Source of the DNA: Candidatus Poseidoniaceae archaeon
GTDB taxonomy: Archaea > Thermoplasmatota > Poseidoniia > Poseidoniales > Poseidoniaceae
Assembly: GCA_965662895.1 (NCBI GenBank)
Contig: CBFIJH010000009.1
Coordinates: 20,496-84,495 of the forward strand
Direction: 5' to 3'
DNA length: 64,000 nucleotides
Numbering within the stretch: the stretch's first letter is position 1; the number at the start of each line of letters is the position of its first letter. The translations under genes and the position numbers were made by a program. The notes under the pieces are model-generated. The model was not told the DNA's origin and made no database searches. It was given only the letters and a program-made list of their open reading frames with translations. Positions 38,726 through 47,865 of the stretch are shown here, in pieces.

Positions 38726-39630
38726 ATCGCTGGATCACTGGTAATCACAAGATTCCACGTGTATTCCTGCACATTTTCCCAAGGGTCACCTTGTTCGGTT
38801 ATTTTCACGACAATCACATGCGTACCTTCCTCAAGGTCAGTTCCGAGGAAAATCGAGAACGGTTGATCCAGATTGCCGTGTGGGGTCAAATTTGGAGCGG
38901 AGCGATTCGAGGTCGATGTACCGTTTGCAATCCGTTCCGCATTGTTGTTCCAATATGAGATGTTGTCATCACGCATCGTTTCATTGGCCTGGAATTCTCT
39001 CGTAACCTCAACGATTGCTCCATCTGAATTGACGTTGTCCATGAGTGCAAACAGCAACCATGCTTCCCCGGTAAGCATGGATGATCCATCGGTATGCCAC
39101 GTTAGCGTCGAACCCGTTGTTGCCATTGCATGCGGATAGGTGATGTCTTCTCCATCGTCAGCAACAACCGTCCACTGACTGGCGAGTTCAGGAGCGGCGA
39201 TGTCTCCGAATGGTGGATTTACCAACAAAAACGAAAGCGCAAGGAAAGTAAACGTGTGCAAGAATGCCGCCTTGAACCATGTTCCACCTCCATAATGCTC
39301 CACAAATCGCTCCGGCATAATGGTTCGATGGAGGGTTGGAAGAAGGAATATGCATGTTAACGGAAGGATGTACAAAATCTTTGAATTTTCAGGGTCCGTT
39401 GAATCCATTAAGACATAACGCATCAAAAGCGTGACGGTTAACGAGAAAGCTAAAACGAGCCACATTGATGCCGTATCTGCCTTTTCTTTTTGCACGTGTT
39501 TGACGGGGTCAAAGGCTTCAATTCCGAGATTGCGTCCCGTTCTTCGCACCTTTTTCTCACGGTCCCCTCCTTGGACTCGCTGACGGCGCTCACCTTGAGC
39601 CGCTGTCATCGCCGTAGAGAGGTCGACCAT
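38704..39630 (-). CDS. Hypothetical membrane protein (3 TM + extracellular beta domain)
   Basis: Basic N-terminus, three hydrophobic helices ending LLVNPPFGD, C-terminal beta-rich domain. Confidence 0.7.
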   Translation of the reverse strand: MVDLSTAMTAAQGERRQRVQGGDREKKVRRTGRNLGIEAFDPVKHVQKEKADTASMWLVLAFSLTVTLLMRYVLMDSTDPENSKILYILPLTCIFLLPTLHRTIMPERFVEHYGGGTWFKAAFLHTFTFLALSFLLVNPPFGDIAAPELASQWTVVADDGEDITYPHAMATTGSTLTWHTDGSSMLTGEAWLLFALMDNVNSDGAIVEVTREFQANETMRDDNISYWNNNAERIANGTSTSNRSAPNLTPHGNLDQPFSIFLGTDLEEGTHVIVVKITEQGDPWENVQEYTWNLVITSDPAIQDNKSE

Positions 39631-39727
39631 GACCCTTCGGATGAGTGGGAGTGAATGAAGGATGCGGTCGAATTCCTTCTGTTTGAACCCGCATTCTTCA
39701 AATGGGGGTTTTCGCAGGCGAGGGCAG

Positions 39728-39858
39728 GCCGGGGTGGCGTAGTTGGTAGCGCGTCGGACTCATAGGGCAGCCTTCAAGGCGATCGTATGACGTGCAAAGC
39801 CCCTTGTGGTGTCTGAGACATCCGAAGGTCGCGGGTTCGAGCCCCGCTCCCGGCACCA
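39728..39858 (+). tRNA. tRNA-Met(CAT), probably elongator, with 55-nt intron (39765-39819) at 37/38; CCA encoded
   Basis: Acceptor GCCGGGG/TCCCGGC, anticodon stem TCGGA/TCCGA with CT-CAT-A, T arm GCGGG-TTCGAGC-CCCGC; BHB with CTCA/TGAG helix and TA|G, AC|A bulges. Confidence 0.92.
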
Positions 39859-39898
39859 CCATCGCATTGTTGAAGGGCTGGAAGCCAGTCCACACACT

Positions 39899-41242
39899 AT
39901 GGCACATCCTCTCGAAGTCGGTTCCCGTGTCCGAATCAAACTCACAACCGCAGATGGGGACACAGAAATCGAAGGTGTCGTCTTACCCCCTGCTGTTCAA
40001 GACCATATCACCGTTAAACTTGCAAATGGCTACAATGTAAGCCATCCACGCGCATCCATCGAGGTGATTTCCTCCACGCATCCGCAACCAACAGAGATTA
40101 CGGAAAAAAACGAACCGCAAGCAAATCCAAACCTTCCCACCGTTCGTATCATCCACACTGGAGGAACCATAGCATCCAAAGTTGACTATACAACAGGTGC
40201 TGTCACAGCGCAATTCGAGCCATCCGAATTGGTTGAACATGTGCCAGAACTCCAAAAAATTGCCAACCTTGATGTCCACAAAATAGGCAACATGTTTAGC
40301 GAAGATATTCGCCCGAGCCACTGGAATCAAATCATCGATGCCACGGAACGAGCATTCACGGATGGATGCGCTGGCGTGGTCGTAACACATGGCACGGATA
40401 CGCTCCACATCACTGCATCAGCGGTTGCTTTTGCTTGGTGCGGTAACGGTGGAAATCCTCCTGGAAGAATCGCCTTTGTCGGGTCACAACGGTCCAGTGA
40501 TCGAGCTTCTTCGGATGCCGCTCAAAATCTCATTTCTGCAGTAAAGTGGGCCGTTGAGGGACCACAACCGACCGGTGAATTGAGTGATGCAGTTGTTGTT
40601 TCAATGCACAAAACCAGCGATGATGGTGCATGCTCCATCCATGCCGCAACGGGCGTACGCAAATTGCACTCAAGTCGTAGAGATGCATTCAGACCAGTCA
40701 ACACGATGCCATTGGCAACGGTTCTCATCGACAACGAGAATGTTGCGTTGCAACTCGAACACCACTACAACGAGGCTCGAAACGCAACCAAACCTCGTGA
40801 TGTCACTTCCAAAGCCGCTCGGTACAACGAGGAAGTTACTATTCGCCAAATGATCGCAGGACCGTGGCTCACCACAAAAGAAATTGAAGATGCCGCTGCA
40901 TCAGGTGTTGACGCACTCGTTATCCATGGGACTGGACTTGGTCATCTACCAATCGAAGATCCGAACGCCGATGCCCCACAAAACATCGAACTTCGTCATG
41001 CACTTGAAAAACTGAACATTCCAACACTCATCGTCAATCAATGCATTCATGGGCCGGTCAACATGAATGTCTACTCAAAAGGACGAATTCAGCAAGAGAT
41101 TGGGCTCCTTGGCCATGGCTTGACGTCCTCTCCTGAAGCGGCTGTGGTCAAGCTTCATTTCGCCCTATCGAATGCGATGGATGTTGCTTCGACGATGACG
41201 AAAAATTTGCTTGGAGAACAACAACAAACCATTGTCAATTAA
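39899..41242 (+). CDS. gatD: Glu-tRNA(Gln) amidotransferase subunit D
   Basis: VKLANGYN N-domain, TGGTIASKVDY.TG.V, HGTDT, GSQRSSDR.SSD, RKLHSSRRDAF, GTGLGH, VYSKGR; start moved to ATG 39899. Confidence 0.93.
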   Translation: MAHPLEVGSRVRIKLTTADGDTEIEGVVLPPAVQDHITVKLANGYNVSHPRASIEVISSTHPQPTEITEKNEPQANPNLPTVRIIHTGGTIASKVDYTTGAVTAQFEPSELVEHVPELQKIANLDVHKIGNMFSEDIRPSHWNQIIDATERAFTDGCAGVVVTHGTDTLHITASAVAFAWCGNGGNPPGRIAFVGSQRSSDRASSDAAQNLISAVKWAVEGPQPTGELSDAVVVSMHKTSDDGACSIHAATGVRKLHSSRRDAFRPVNTMPLATVLIDNENVALQLEHHYNEARNATKPRDVTSKAARYNEEVTIRQMIAGPWLTTKEIEDAAASGVDALVIHGTGLGHLPIEDPNADAPQNIELRHALEKLNIPTLIVNQCIHGPVNMNVYSKGRIQQEIGLLGHGLTSSPEAAVVKLHFALSNAMDVASTMTKNLLGEQQQTIVN

Positions 41243-41250
41243 GCGATTCG

Positions 41251-42843
41251 ATGAAGAACCTTATCGGTTCTGATGGGTTTATGGCGAGTCCAATTGGTGA
41301 CCCGGTATCCGAACTCAGGTCACGACGTGAGCGTGCCAGAGCAGGCGGTGGACGAAAGGCACTGGAAGCCATTCGAGCTACTGGACGCGGAACTGCTCGA
41401 GACCGAATTGAATTGCTCCTCGATGCGGATTCATTCGTTGAAGTGGACACGTTTGTCACGCACCGTACAAAGGATCACAACATGTTCTTGCATCAAACCA
41501 TAGGCGATGGTGTCGTCACGGGCCATGGAACCATCGAAGGTCGCCGAGTCTACTGTTTCGCCCAAGATTTCAGCGTTCATGGTGGTTCGATGGGCGAAAT
41601 GCATGCGAAAAAGATTGCAAAACTCGTTGAAATGGCTGAGCGTTCGAAAACACCATTGATCTGTGTATGGGATGGTGGAGGTCAACGTGCCCACGATGGC
41701 ATTGATGCCCTCGCAGGAACGGGTGAACTTCTCGACCGTTTGGTGCAGTGCAGTGGACGTGTTCCTGTCATCAGCCTCGTACTCGGACCTGTCGTCGGTG
41801 TTTCTGCCTTAGCTGCGAGTTTATCCGATTTTACAATTCTAGGAGAAGAACATGGACAACTGTTCCTGTCATCTCCATTGGAGACGCCTGAAGTTCAAGC
41901 AGGGGAAGTCGACGCTGCAGGACTCGGTGGTGCAAACCTTCACGCTTCCCGCTCAGGAATCGCTTGTCTGGTCGCCGATGATGAAGATGATGCATTTTTC
42001 CTCGTTCAGGAAATTCTTTCCTACCTTCCTGATCACAACGATGCTGAACCTCCACACCTTCCCACGGAAGATCCTATCGATCGTATGAACGATGAATTGG
42101 AATCACTTGTTCCCGATAATCCGAACCGCCCTTACAACATGGTGAGTGTTGTCGAAGAGGTGGTTGATGATGGAGAATTCCTTGAGTTGTTTCCAAATTA
42201 TGCTGAGAATATCATCATTGGCTTCGCCCGCCTCGACGGTCGAAGCATTGGTGTTGTTGGCAACCAACCGAATGTCCTTGCTGGATGTTTGGACATCGAC
42301 GCTTCAATCAAAGCGGCTCGATTCATTCGACTATGCGATGCCTTCAACATCCCACTGGTCACCTTCGAGGACGTACCAGGATTCCTTCCTGGAGTCGTCC
42401 AAGAGTGGGGGGGGATCATTCGTCACGGTGCAAAGCTGCTCTTTGCCTATGCAGAGGCGACTGTTCCAAAGTTGACGCTTGTCACTCGCAAAGCCTACGG
42501 CGGTGCGTATCTGGCCATGTCATGCAAGCACTTGCAAAGCGATTACAACGTGGCTTGGCCAACGGCCGAACTCGCTGTCATGGGAGCTGAAGGTGCGGTA
42601 AACATCATTCATCGACGAGAGATTAATGCTGTAGAGGACAATGAAAAAGAAGCCGTGCGACAGCGGCTCGTTGCAGAATACAAAGCCAAGTTTGGTGACC
42701 CATATGTCGCTGCTCGAAACGGTTGGCTTGACGATGTTATCGAACCAACTGAAAGCAGGCTTCGACTCTGTCGGGCTCTTGCAATTCTACGTTCGAAGCG
42801 TGAATGGAGTCCGCCAAAAAAGCACGGCAACATCCCGCTATGA
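41251..42843 (+). CDS. Acyl-CoA carboxylase/decarboxylase carboxyltransferase beta subunit (PccB/MmdA-like)
   Basis: TARDRI, GDGVVTG, QDFSV.GGS, GFARLDG, DVPGFLPG..QE..GIIRHGAK, RKAYGGAY, KKHGNIPL; start may be 41281. Confidence 0.9.
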   Translation: MKNLIGSDGFMASPIGDPVSELRSRRERARAGGGRKALEAIRATGRGTARDRIELLLDADSFVEVDTFVTHRTKDHNMFLHQTIGDGVVTGHGTIEGRRVYCFAQDFSVHGGSMGEMHAKKIAKLVEMAERSKTPLICVWDGGGQRAHDGIDALAGTGELLDRLVQCSGRVPVISLVLGPVVGVSALAASLSDFTILGEEHGQLFLSSPLETPEVQAGEVDAAGLGGANLHASRSGIACLVADDEDDAFFLVQEILSYLPDHNDAEPPHLPTEDPIDRMNDELESLVPDNPNRPYNMVSVVEEVVDDGEFLELFPNYAENIIIGFARLDGRSIGVVGNQPNVLAGCLDIDASIKAARFIRLCDAFNIPLVTFEDVPGFLPGVVQEWGGIIRHGAKLLFAYAEATVPKLTLVTRKAYGGAYLAMSCKHLQSDYNVAWPTAELAVMGAEGAVNIIHRREINAVEDNEKEAVRQRLVAEYKAKFGDPYVAARNGWLDDVIEPTESRLRLCRALAILRSKREWSPPKKHGNIPL

Positions 42844-45519
42844 TTGGTTGATTTTTGCCTCAGCTCTGGCCAATAACCCACCCGAAGAGACTGCTTGTTG
42901 AGGCTCTTGAGGAGGTTTCCGGAATTGGAATAGAAGCCAACCAACAAGCGCAAGAAGTGGAATGATGATGACTGCAGCAACGAGTGTTCCACTCGACTTT
43001 TCCTCTTCATCGCCAACCTCATCGGTTGGCGGGGATGAGTCGTTTTCGACAATCCGGGAATTTAAACGAACGACAAGGTCCGAAAAGGAAGCATCTCGAG
43101 CGATGATGTCGATGTTGAGAAGTGCTCCAACTTCGTACGTTAGCTCACCGGATTCAGTGCATGCACCGAACGCATCGCAGCTTCGCTGGCCGTTCCAGTC
43201 CGCACCGTTTATTCGGAGTTGAACATCCATGTCATCCCCATCAGCATCGGACCATTCCCATGCAACGCGGAGCGTCGTTGCATCGACAAATGTCGAAGAG
43301 GCATTCGCTAGAACTGGACGATCCGGTTGAGGCGCAATGCTTAGATTGAGAGCCTTTGAAAATACGGTCGCACCATCTGTAACATTCAACCACCAGCCCG
43401 AATCAGTGCCCCACTCGTCCATGCGGGCTGAGATGAGAAGTTCTTGGCCAGATAATGCAACAACTGCTTTCGAATTGTTTGTTCCTTCAATTGTCCATAT
43501 CAATGCGTCACCGTCAACATCAAAAGCAAATGATGCAAGGTCGACAAGCAACGTTTCCTCCTCATCCATCGCAATGTCCCATGCAGATTCGTTGACATCG
43601 AAATCATCGTCAACTGCCTCAACTCGTAATGGAACATTGGCCAATATAGCAGGATTGAACCCATCCGAAATAGAGAGTTGAAGCACCTCAGCACCACTTG
43701 CATCGGGAAGTGGTGTAAATGCAATCAAAGTCAAGTCGCTGGAAACACTCCATGAAACAATGTTCCCAACACCCTGCGACGAACCATCGATGCGAACCGT
43801 CAGTGGTTGTTGTTCAGGGTCATAAAAGAACTCAGAATAATTGAGGTAGAAGGTTTCCCCATCCTCGGTCAAGGTTTGCTGGTTGATGGTTGAGAGTTGT
43901 ACAATTTGATCGTTGACGGGAACAATGCTGCCATTAAGCGTTACATTCGCTTGGTCCAAAATGTCCCCTGCAGCCTCCAAGTCAAGTTCGATTCGTGTCG
44001 ATCCTTCCCATTCCTCATCAACGGAATGAAGCAAGGTGATGGATGAGGCATCGGGGGCAATGGTCACAACAAAATGAGATTCATTCTCAAGCAGCGTCGC
44101 ATTCAAAATTCGAATCGGTTGGCCATCTGGATCGGTTGCAACATCCGAAGCGTTGAGAACGATTGAACCACGTTGGGGAACAAGAAGTTCCGGCAACGGT
44201 TGAACCAATTCAATTGGATCATTGGTCCGATTAAATTCAAAACTCGCAAATCCAGTCCCTCCTTCAACAGAAACAACCAACCTCAATTCATGTGGCCCCG
44301 GAGAGATTCCTTGCATCGGGAGGAGACATGAAACGTTCTCGTTGTTGATTGTTGCTTGATAGGTCGTTGCATTGTCCAACAAACAATGACCCTCAACCGT
44401 CCAAGATTGAGGTAAGTCTGCAAAGACATCTCCGTTTCTCATCGACCAAAGCGCCTCAAATGTCGCATCGTCTTGAGGACCGAAAACAGTCCCATTGAGG
44501 CTGGTCACATTTGAGATTCGAATCAACTTTGCATCATCGAGTAGTTCGTCGACATAGCCGTTGGAATCTGAAGAAGAATAGAGATTGTTTTCGCGATTGA
44601 AGGCTTCCCTGAATTTGGAGTGGTCGCCGCGGAGTGTTAGGTCAAAATAGGGCAAAATATGATCCATTGCATGACCGATCTGTTCCTCTTGCGTGAGGGA
44701 AGCGTCTCCATCGTTGAAGTTTTCCAAGAACGAAGATGTGTCCTGATATTGGTAATGATTTGCTCCGAGCGAATGAAGAATCTGCCAAGCGAGTCCATCG
44801 ACGTTCTCCAAGACTGGAATCACATTTTCAGTTGCCGGGGCAACTTCGTCTGCACTGCCTGTGATGTACAGTGCGACGTTTGGCATGGCCCCACTGGTAA
44901 TCAATGGATCTTGAACTGAATCAACCTGCATGGCCAACCCTACTAGCGCTCGAGGAGGTTGCAACGAAGTGTCACTGACCATATTGTCCCAGTTGATGTA
45001 CACATTCGTGGCCCAAACCGCACCGTATCCGTGTCCGATGAGACCCCAATGCAGTTCATCAACCGAACCAAACATCCCGAGAACGATATCATTGGTCTGA
45101 TTCGCTTGATTCATCCAGGACTGGACATCGAGTATGGTGCCGATGAGACTTTGCCAAGTCGGATCTGTTTCAGTGTTGATTTCAGTATGAATGTAAACCA
45201 TCGTTCCCCGTTGAGCAATTTCCGATGAAATGAGCATATAATTGTCAGGAGATTCGTTCTCATCGATGAGCAGCAACACCCATGGGAAGGGGCCATTCCC
45301 TGCCATATCCTGCCCCTCACCACTGTTCATAGCTGGATAGACCAACCGATGCTCTTCTTCGAAGGCCCCTCCTTGCTGGGCGAAGTCAACGTATCCTACA
45401 GGAAAATCGACGCCTGTGTGCGTAGGTTGGAAATTCTGATCCTCTTCAGGCATCGCTGCTGAAGTGGACAGCGTCGAAAGCAGCAGCAGACAGATGAGTG
45501 CAACCGCTCGCTCTCTCAT
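42838..45519 (-). CDS. Secreted surface protein: chlorophyllase/dienelactone-hydrolase-like alpha/beta domain lacking the Ser nucleophile + cadherin-like repeats + C-terminal TM
   Basis: Signal peptide; YP...GPFP, GHGYGA, GSADEVAP, GANH; DPDG, VPVND, FDVDGD cadherin-like motifs; start moved to ATG 45519. Confidence 0.75.
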   Translation of the reverse strand: MRERAVALICLLLLSTLSTSAAMPEEDQNFQPTHTGVDFPVGYVDFAQQGGAFEEEHRLVYPAMNSGEGQDMAGNGPFPWVLLLIDENESPDNYMLISSEIAQRGTMVYIHTEINTETDPTWQSLIGTILDVQSWMNQANQTNDIVLGMFGSVDELHWGLIGHGYGAVWATNVYINWDNMVSDTSLQPPRALVGLAMQVDSVQDPLITSGAMPNVALYITGSADEVAPATENVIPVLENVDGLAWQILHSLGANHYQYQDTSSFLENFNDGDASLTQEEQIGHAMDHILPYFDLTLRGDHSKFREAFNRENNLYSSSDSNGYVDELLDDAKLIRISNVTSLNGTVFGPQDDATFEALWSMRNGDVFADLPQSWTVEGHCLLDNATTYQATINNENVSCLLPMQGISPGPHELRLVVSVEGGTGFASFEFNRTNDPIELVQPLPELLVPQRGSIVLNASDVATDPDGQPIRILNATLLENESHFVVTIAPDASSITLLHSVDEEWEGSTRIELDLEAAGDILDQANVTLNGSIVPVNDQIVQLSTINQQTLTEDGETFYLNYSEFFYDPEQQPLTVRIDGSSQGVGNIVSWSVSSDLTLIAFTPLPDASGAEVLQLSISDGFNPAILANVPLRVEAVDDDFDVNESAWDIAMDEEETLLVDLASFAFDVDGDALIWTIEGTNNSKAVVALSGQELLISARMDEWGTDSGWWLNVTDGATVFSKALNLSIAPQPDRPVLANASSTFVDATTLRVAWEWSDADGDDMDVQLRINGADWNGQRSCDAFGACTESGELTYEVGALLNIDIIARDASFSDLVVRLNSRIVENDSSPPTDEVGDEEEKSSGTLVAAVIIIPLLALVGWLLFQFRKPPQEPQQAVSSGGLLARAEAKINQS

Positions 45520-45565
45520 AATCACCGGTTGATGTTGAAACATTTGATTTTTCCATGCAAATGCA

Positions 45566-46552
45566 TCAATTTTGTTCAAGTTGACACTCAACACGAACCA
45601 GCCATGTCATCAATTGATCAAGGCCAGGAAGGTCATCGGCGAGGTGTGGCGTCCACAAACTGCGCCAACACTCAAGATGTTGTGCTGCAAGCATCCAACG
45701 TCCATCAATCAGAGAGTTGTTGGTTGCGAGTGCATCAATCCGCTCATCAAACGTTCCAGTCATTGGCGCATAGACTGGATTCAGGATGTGCTTGGCATTG
45801 AGATCTCGCTCGAGCGAACCCTCGGCATCAAGAACCAAATCGAATGTTATATTTTCATCGTCGCTTGAATTCACCAGTGTTGCAGGAAGTTGACGTTTTC
45901 CGCCGAGCGAGGCAACTTTCCCTCCATGACTTAACCATGCTGAAGCGATGGAACGAGCGGCTCCGCCACCTCCATTGATGCCAAGCAACGCCCCTTTTGA
46001 AGCCTCGATTCCAAAAAAAGAAGCAACATGAACAACACCCTCGCCGTCCGTAGTTGCACAATACCAACCTTGTCCATCGTATCGAAGTGCGTTGACGGAA
46101 ACGATATCGAGAGACTCATCGATTGGAGAGAAGACCATACTCTGAATTTGGTGTTTGAGCGGCGATGTGAGATTGAGCCACACTTCGTTGGAGGAGGAAC
46201 CCTTTGGAAAGTTACCACTGATGGTCTTGCGGCCCACGGATTGCAGTTTTGCAGTCAGACGAGCATCGGGTTGAAGATGAAGCGTCTCGGTTGCGAGATT
46301 CTTGAGGTTTGGCTGAAAGGTGTTCACTTTTTGATTCGCTGGCGTCCAAATCGGCTGATGCATGGTATGTTCGATGTATGCCCAACCAAGAACCTCATCG
46401 ATGTGGTTGGTTTCGAGAATCGTGAGAGCAGAAACGTCGAGTTTCGAAAAATGCCCCTTTTCTTCAAGAGAAGACAAAACAAGGTTGAACAAAATGGGTG
46501 AAAGTGTATGATCGATTGGAGCGCCACCAACAGCGTATCTCAAACCGAACAT
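45566..46552 (-). CDS. aroE: Shikimate dehydrogenase-like protein (divergent AroE)
   Basis: PIDHTLSP, NLTSPLK, SVNAL, TDGEG, GGGGAARS, DGRWML..Q. Confidence 0.7.
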   Translation of the reverse strand: MFGLRYAVGGAPIDHTLSPILFNLVLSSLEEKGHFSKLDVSALTILETNHIDEVLGWAYIEHTMHQPIWTPANQKVNTFQPNLKNLATETLHLQPDARLTAKLQSVGRKTISGNFPKGSSSNEVWLNLTSPLKHQIQSMVFSPIDESLDIVSVNALRYDGQGWYCATTDGEGVVHVASFFGIEASKGALLGINGGGGAARSIASAWLSHGGKVASLGGKRQLPATLVNSSDDENITFDLVLDAEGSLERDLNAKHILNPVYAPMTGTFDERIDALATNNSLIDGRWMLAAQHLECWRSLWTPHLADDLPGLDQLMTWLVRVECQLEQN

Positions 46553-46658
46553 GTCCGTACTTTGGAGTCATTGTTCATGAACGTCTGCTTTGAGCATCTT
46601 GGTAAAATATGGATAATGCAGGCCATGGATTCAAAAAGAAGGTAGGTATCGTTCAACC

Positions 46659-46964
46659 ATGGCCGTAGCAGAACGTGGATCGTTTATGTGGTTGCTTTTC
46701 TCGATCACCTCGTTCCTCATCTCAATCAAAGTGATGAATGAATTTGAGGGGTACGCTACCACAGTATTCGGCGGAACTGGAGCTGCAGCATTGATGCTTG
46801 CACTCATTCTCTTCCGACAAGAACAGCGTGAATTGCTGCTCAACCCATTGAAGGACATCGAACGGGAAGTCCACCCCGAAGAAATCGCCAAACAAGGGAA
46901 AGGAACCGGCATCGGTATCGGTGCTTGGGCCATTGGGATGATTGTGGCAATGATTGTACTGTGA
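46659..46964 (+). CDS. Small hypothetical membrane protein
   Basis: Three hydrophobic segments; co-oriented with flotillin locus. Confidence 0.65.
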   Translation: MAVAERGSFMWLLFSITSFLISIKVMNEFEGYATTVFGGTGAAALMLALILFRQEQRELLLNPLKDIEREVHPEEIAKQGKGTGIGIGAWAIGMIVAMIVL

Positions 46965-46976
46965 TGGAGCCGCAAC

Positions 46977-47183
46977 ATGATTGATGACGATCTTTCGGGA
47001 CACATCCATTCTGGATTCTGGCCGTTTATGAAACGGGCATTGGTTCTGTTTCTTCCTCTTTGGGTTTTCCTAATTTGCTACTCTCTCGAATTGAACAACA
47101 TCATTTCAGCAGCGATGGCCGGAAGTTCATTGTCATTGATTGTTTATTATGAGCAAAGGAAACTTAAGCAAATAAACACATGA
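46977..47183 (+). CDS. Small hypothetical membrane protein
   Basis: Two hydrophobic segments, basic C-end. Confidence 0.55.
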   Translation: MIDDDLSGHIHSGFWPFMKRALVLFLPLWVFLICYSLELNNIISAAMAGSSLSLIVYYEQRKLKQINT

Positions 47184-47230
47184 ATTCTTGTCGTGGATAA
47201 CATCATAAGGGACTTAGGAGTGGTAGTAGT

Positions 47231-47845
47231 ATGGGCCTTTACGACTGGTTGGGCGATTTGTTGGGGTTTGAGGCCCCATCGTTGCTCGAAATCGTGTTCA
47301 TGTCTTCGGCAATTTTTGGTGGGCTCTTTTTCCTACTCATGATGTTGCTCATGCTTGTGGGTGACATCTTCGGTGGCATTGTTGGAGACATCACGGGTAC
47401 AGACGGAGGTCTGGGGGCTGATGCTGCATTCGAATTGTTCAGCATCCAGGGAATCGCAGCTGCGGTTATGATGTTTGGAATTGCGGGTATGTTTGGCGTT
47501 TCTGCAACCGGGAACGACGTTGCAGCAGTCCTCATCGGCGGTTTTGCCGCATCCGCATCCATGTACGGTGTCAAATCAATGATGCAAGGGATCTCTCATC
47601 TCCAAGCAGACGGTACTGTCGACTATCGAGATGCAATCGGCCAGCGTGGCCAAGTATACTCACGCATTAAGCCGAATGAAACTGGTGAAATTCAAGTTCC
47701 CGTTGATGGAACACTCAAAACCTTGCTCGCTCGAGCAGAAGACAAAAAATTGCACATTCCATCAGGAGAATTCATCACTGTCATCGACGTGATTGGTTCC
47801 ACCATGATCGTGAAACCACTTGAGGATCTATCCTCTGAAGAATAA
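47231..47845 (+). CDS. NfeD-like membrane protein (YuaF/YqiJ-type flotillin partner)
   Basis: 3 TM helices then OB-fold IGQRGQVYSRI...GEIQV..DG; directly upstream of flotillin. Confidence 0.8.
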   Translation: MGLYDWLGDLLGFEAPSLLEIVFMSSAIFGGLFFLLMMLLMLVGDIFGGIVGDITGTDGGLGADAAFELFSIQGIAAAVMMFGIAGMFGVSATGNDVAAVLIGGFAASASMYGVKSMMQGISHLQADGTVDYRDAIGQRGQVYSRIKPNETGEIQVPVDGTLKTLLARAEDKKLHIPSGEFITVIDVIGSTMIVKPLEDLSSEE

Positions 47846-47865
47846 GAAAAAAAGGTGAACAAAAC

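Noticed and set aside
39806-39898. N-terminal extension of GatD and ORFs 39698-40040
   Set aside because: They overlap the tRNA-Met gene; true start is ATG 39899
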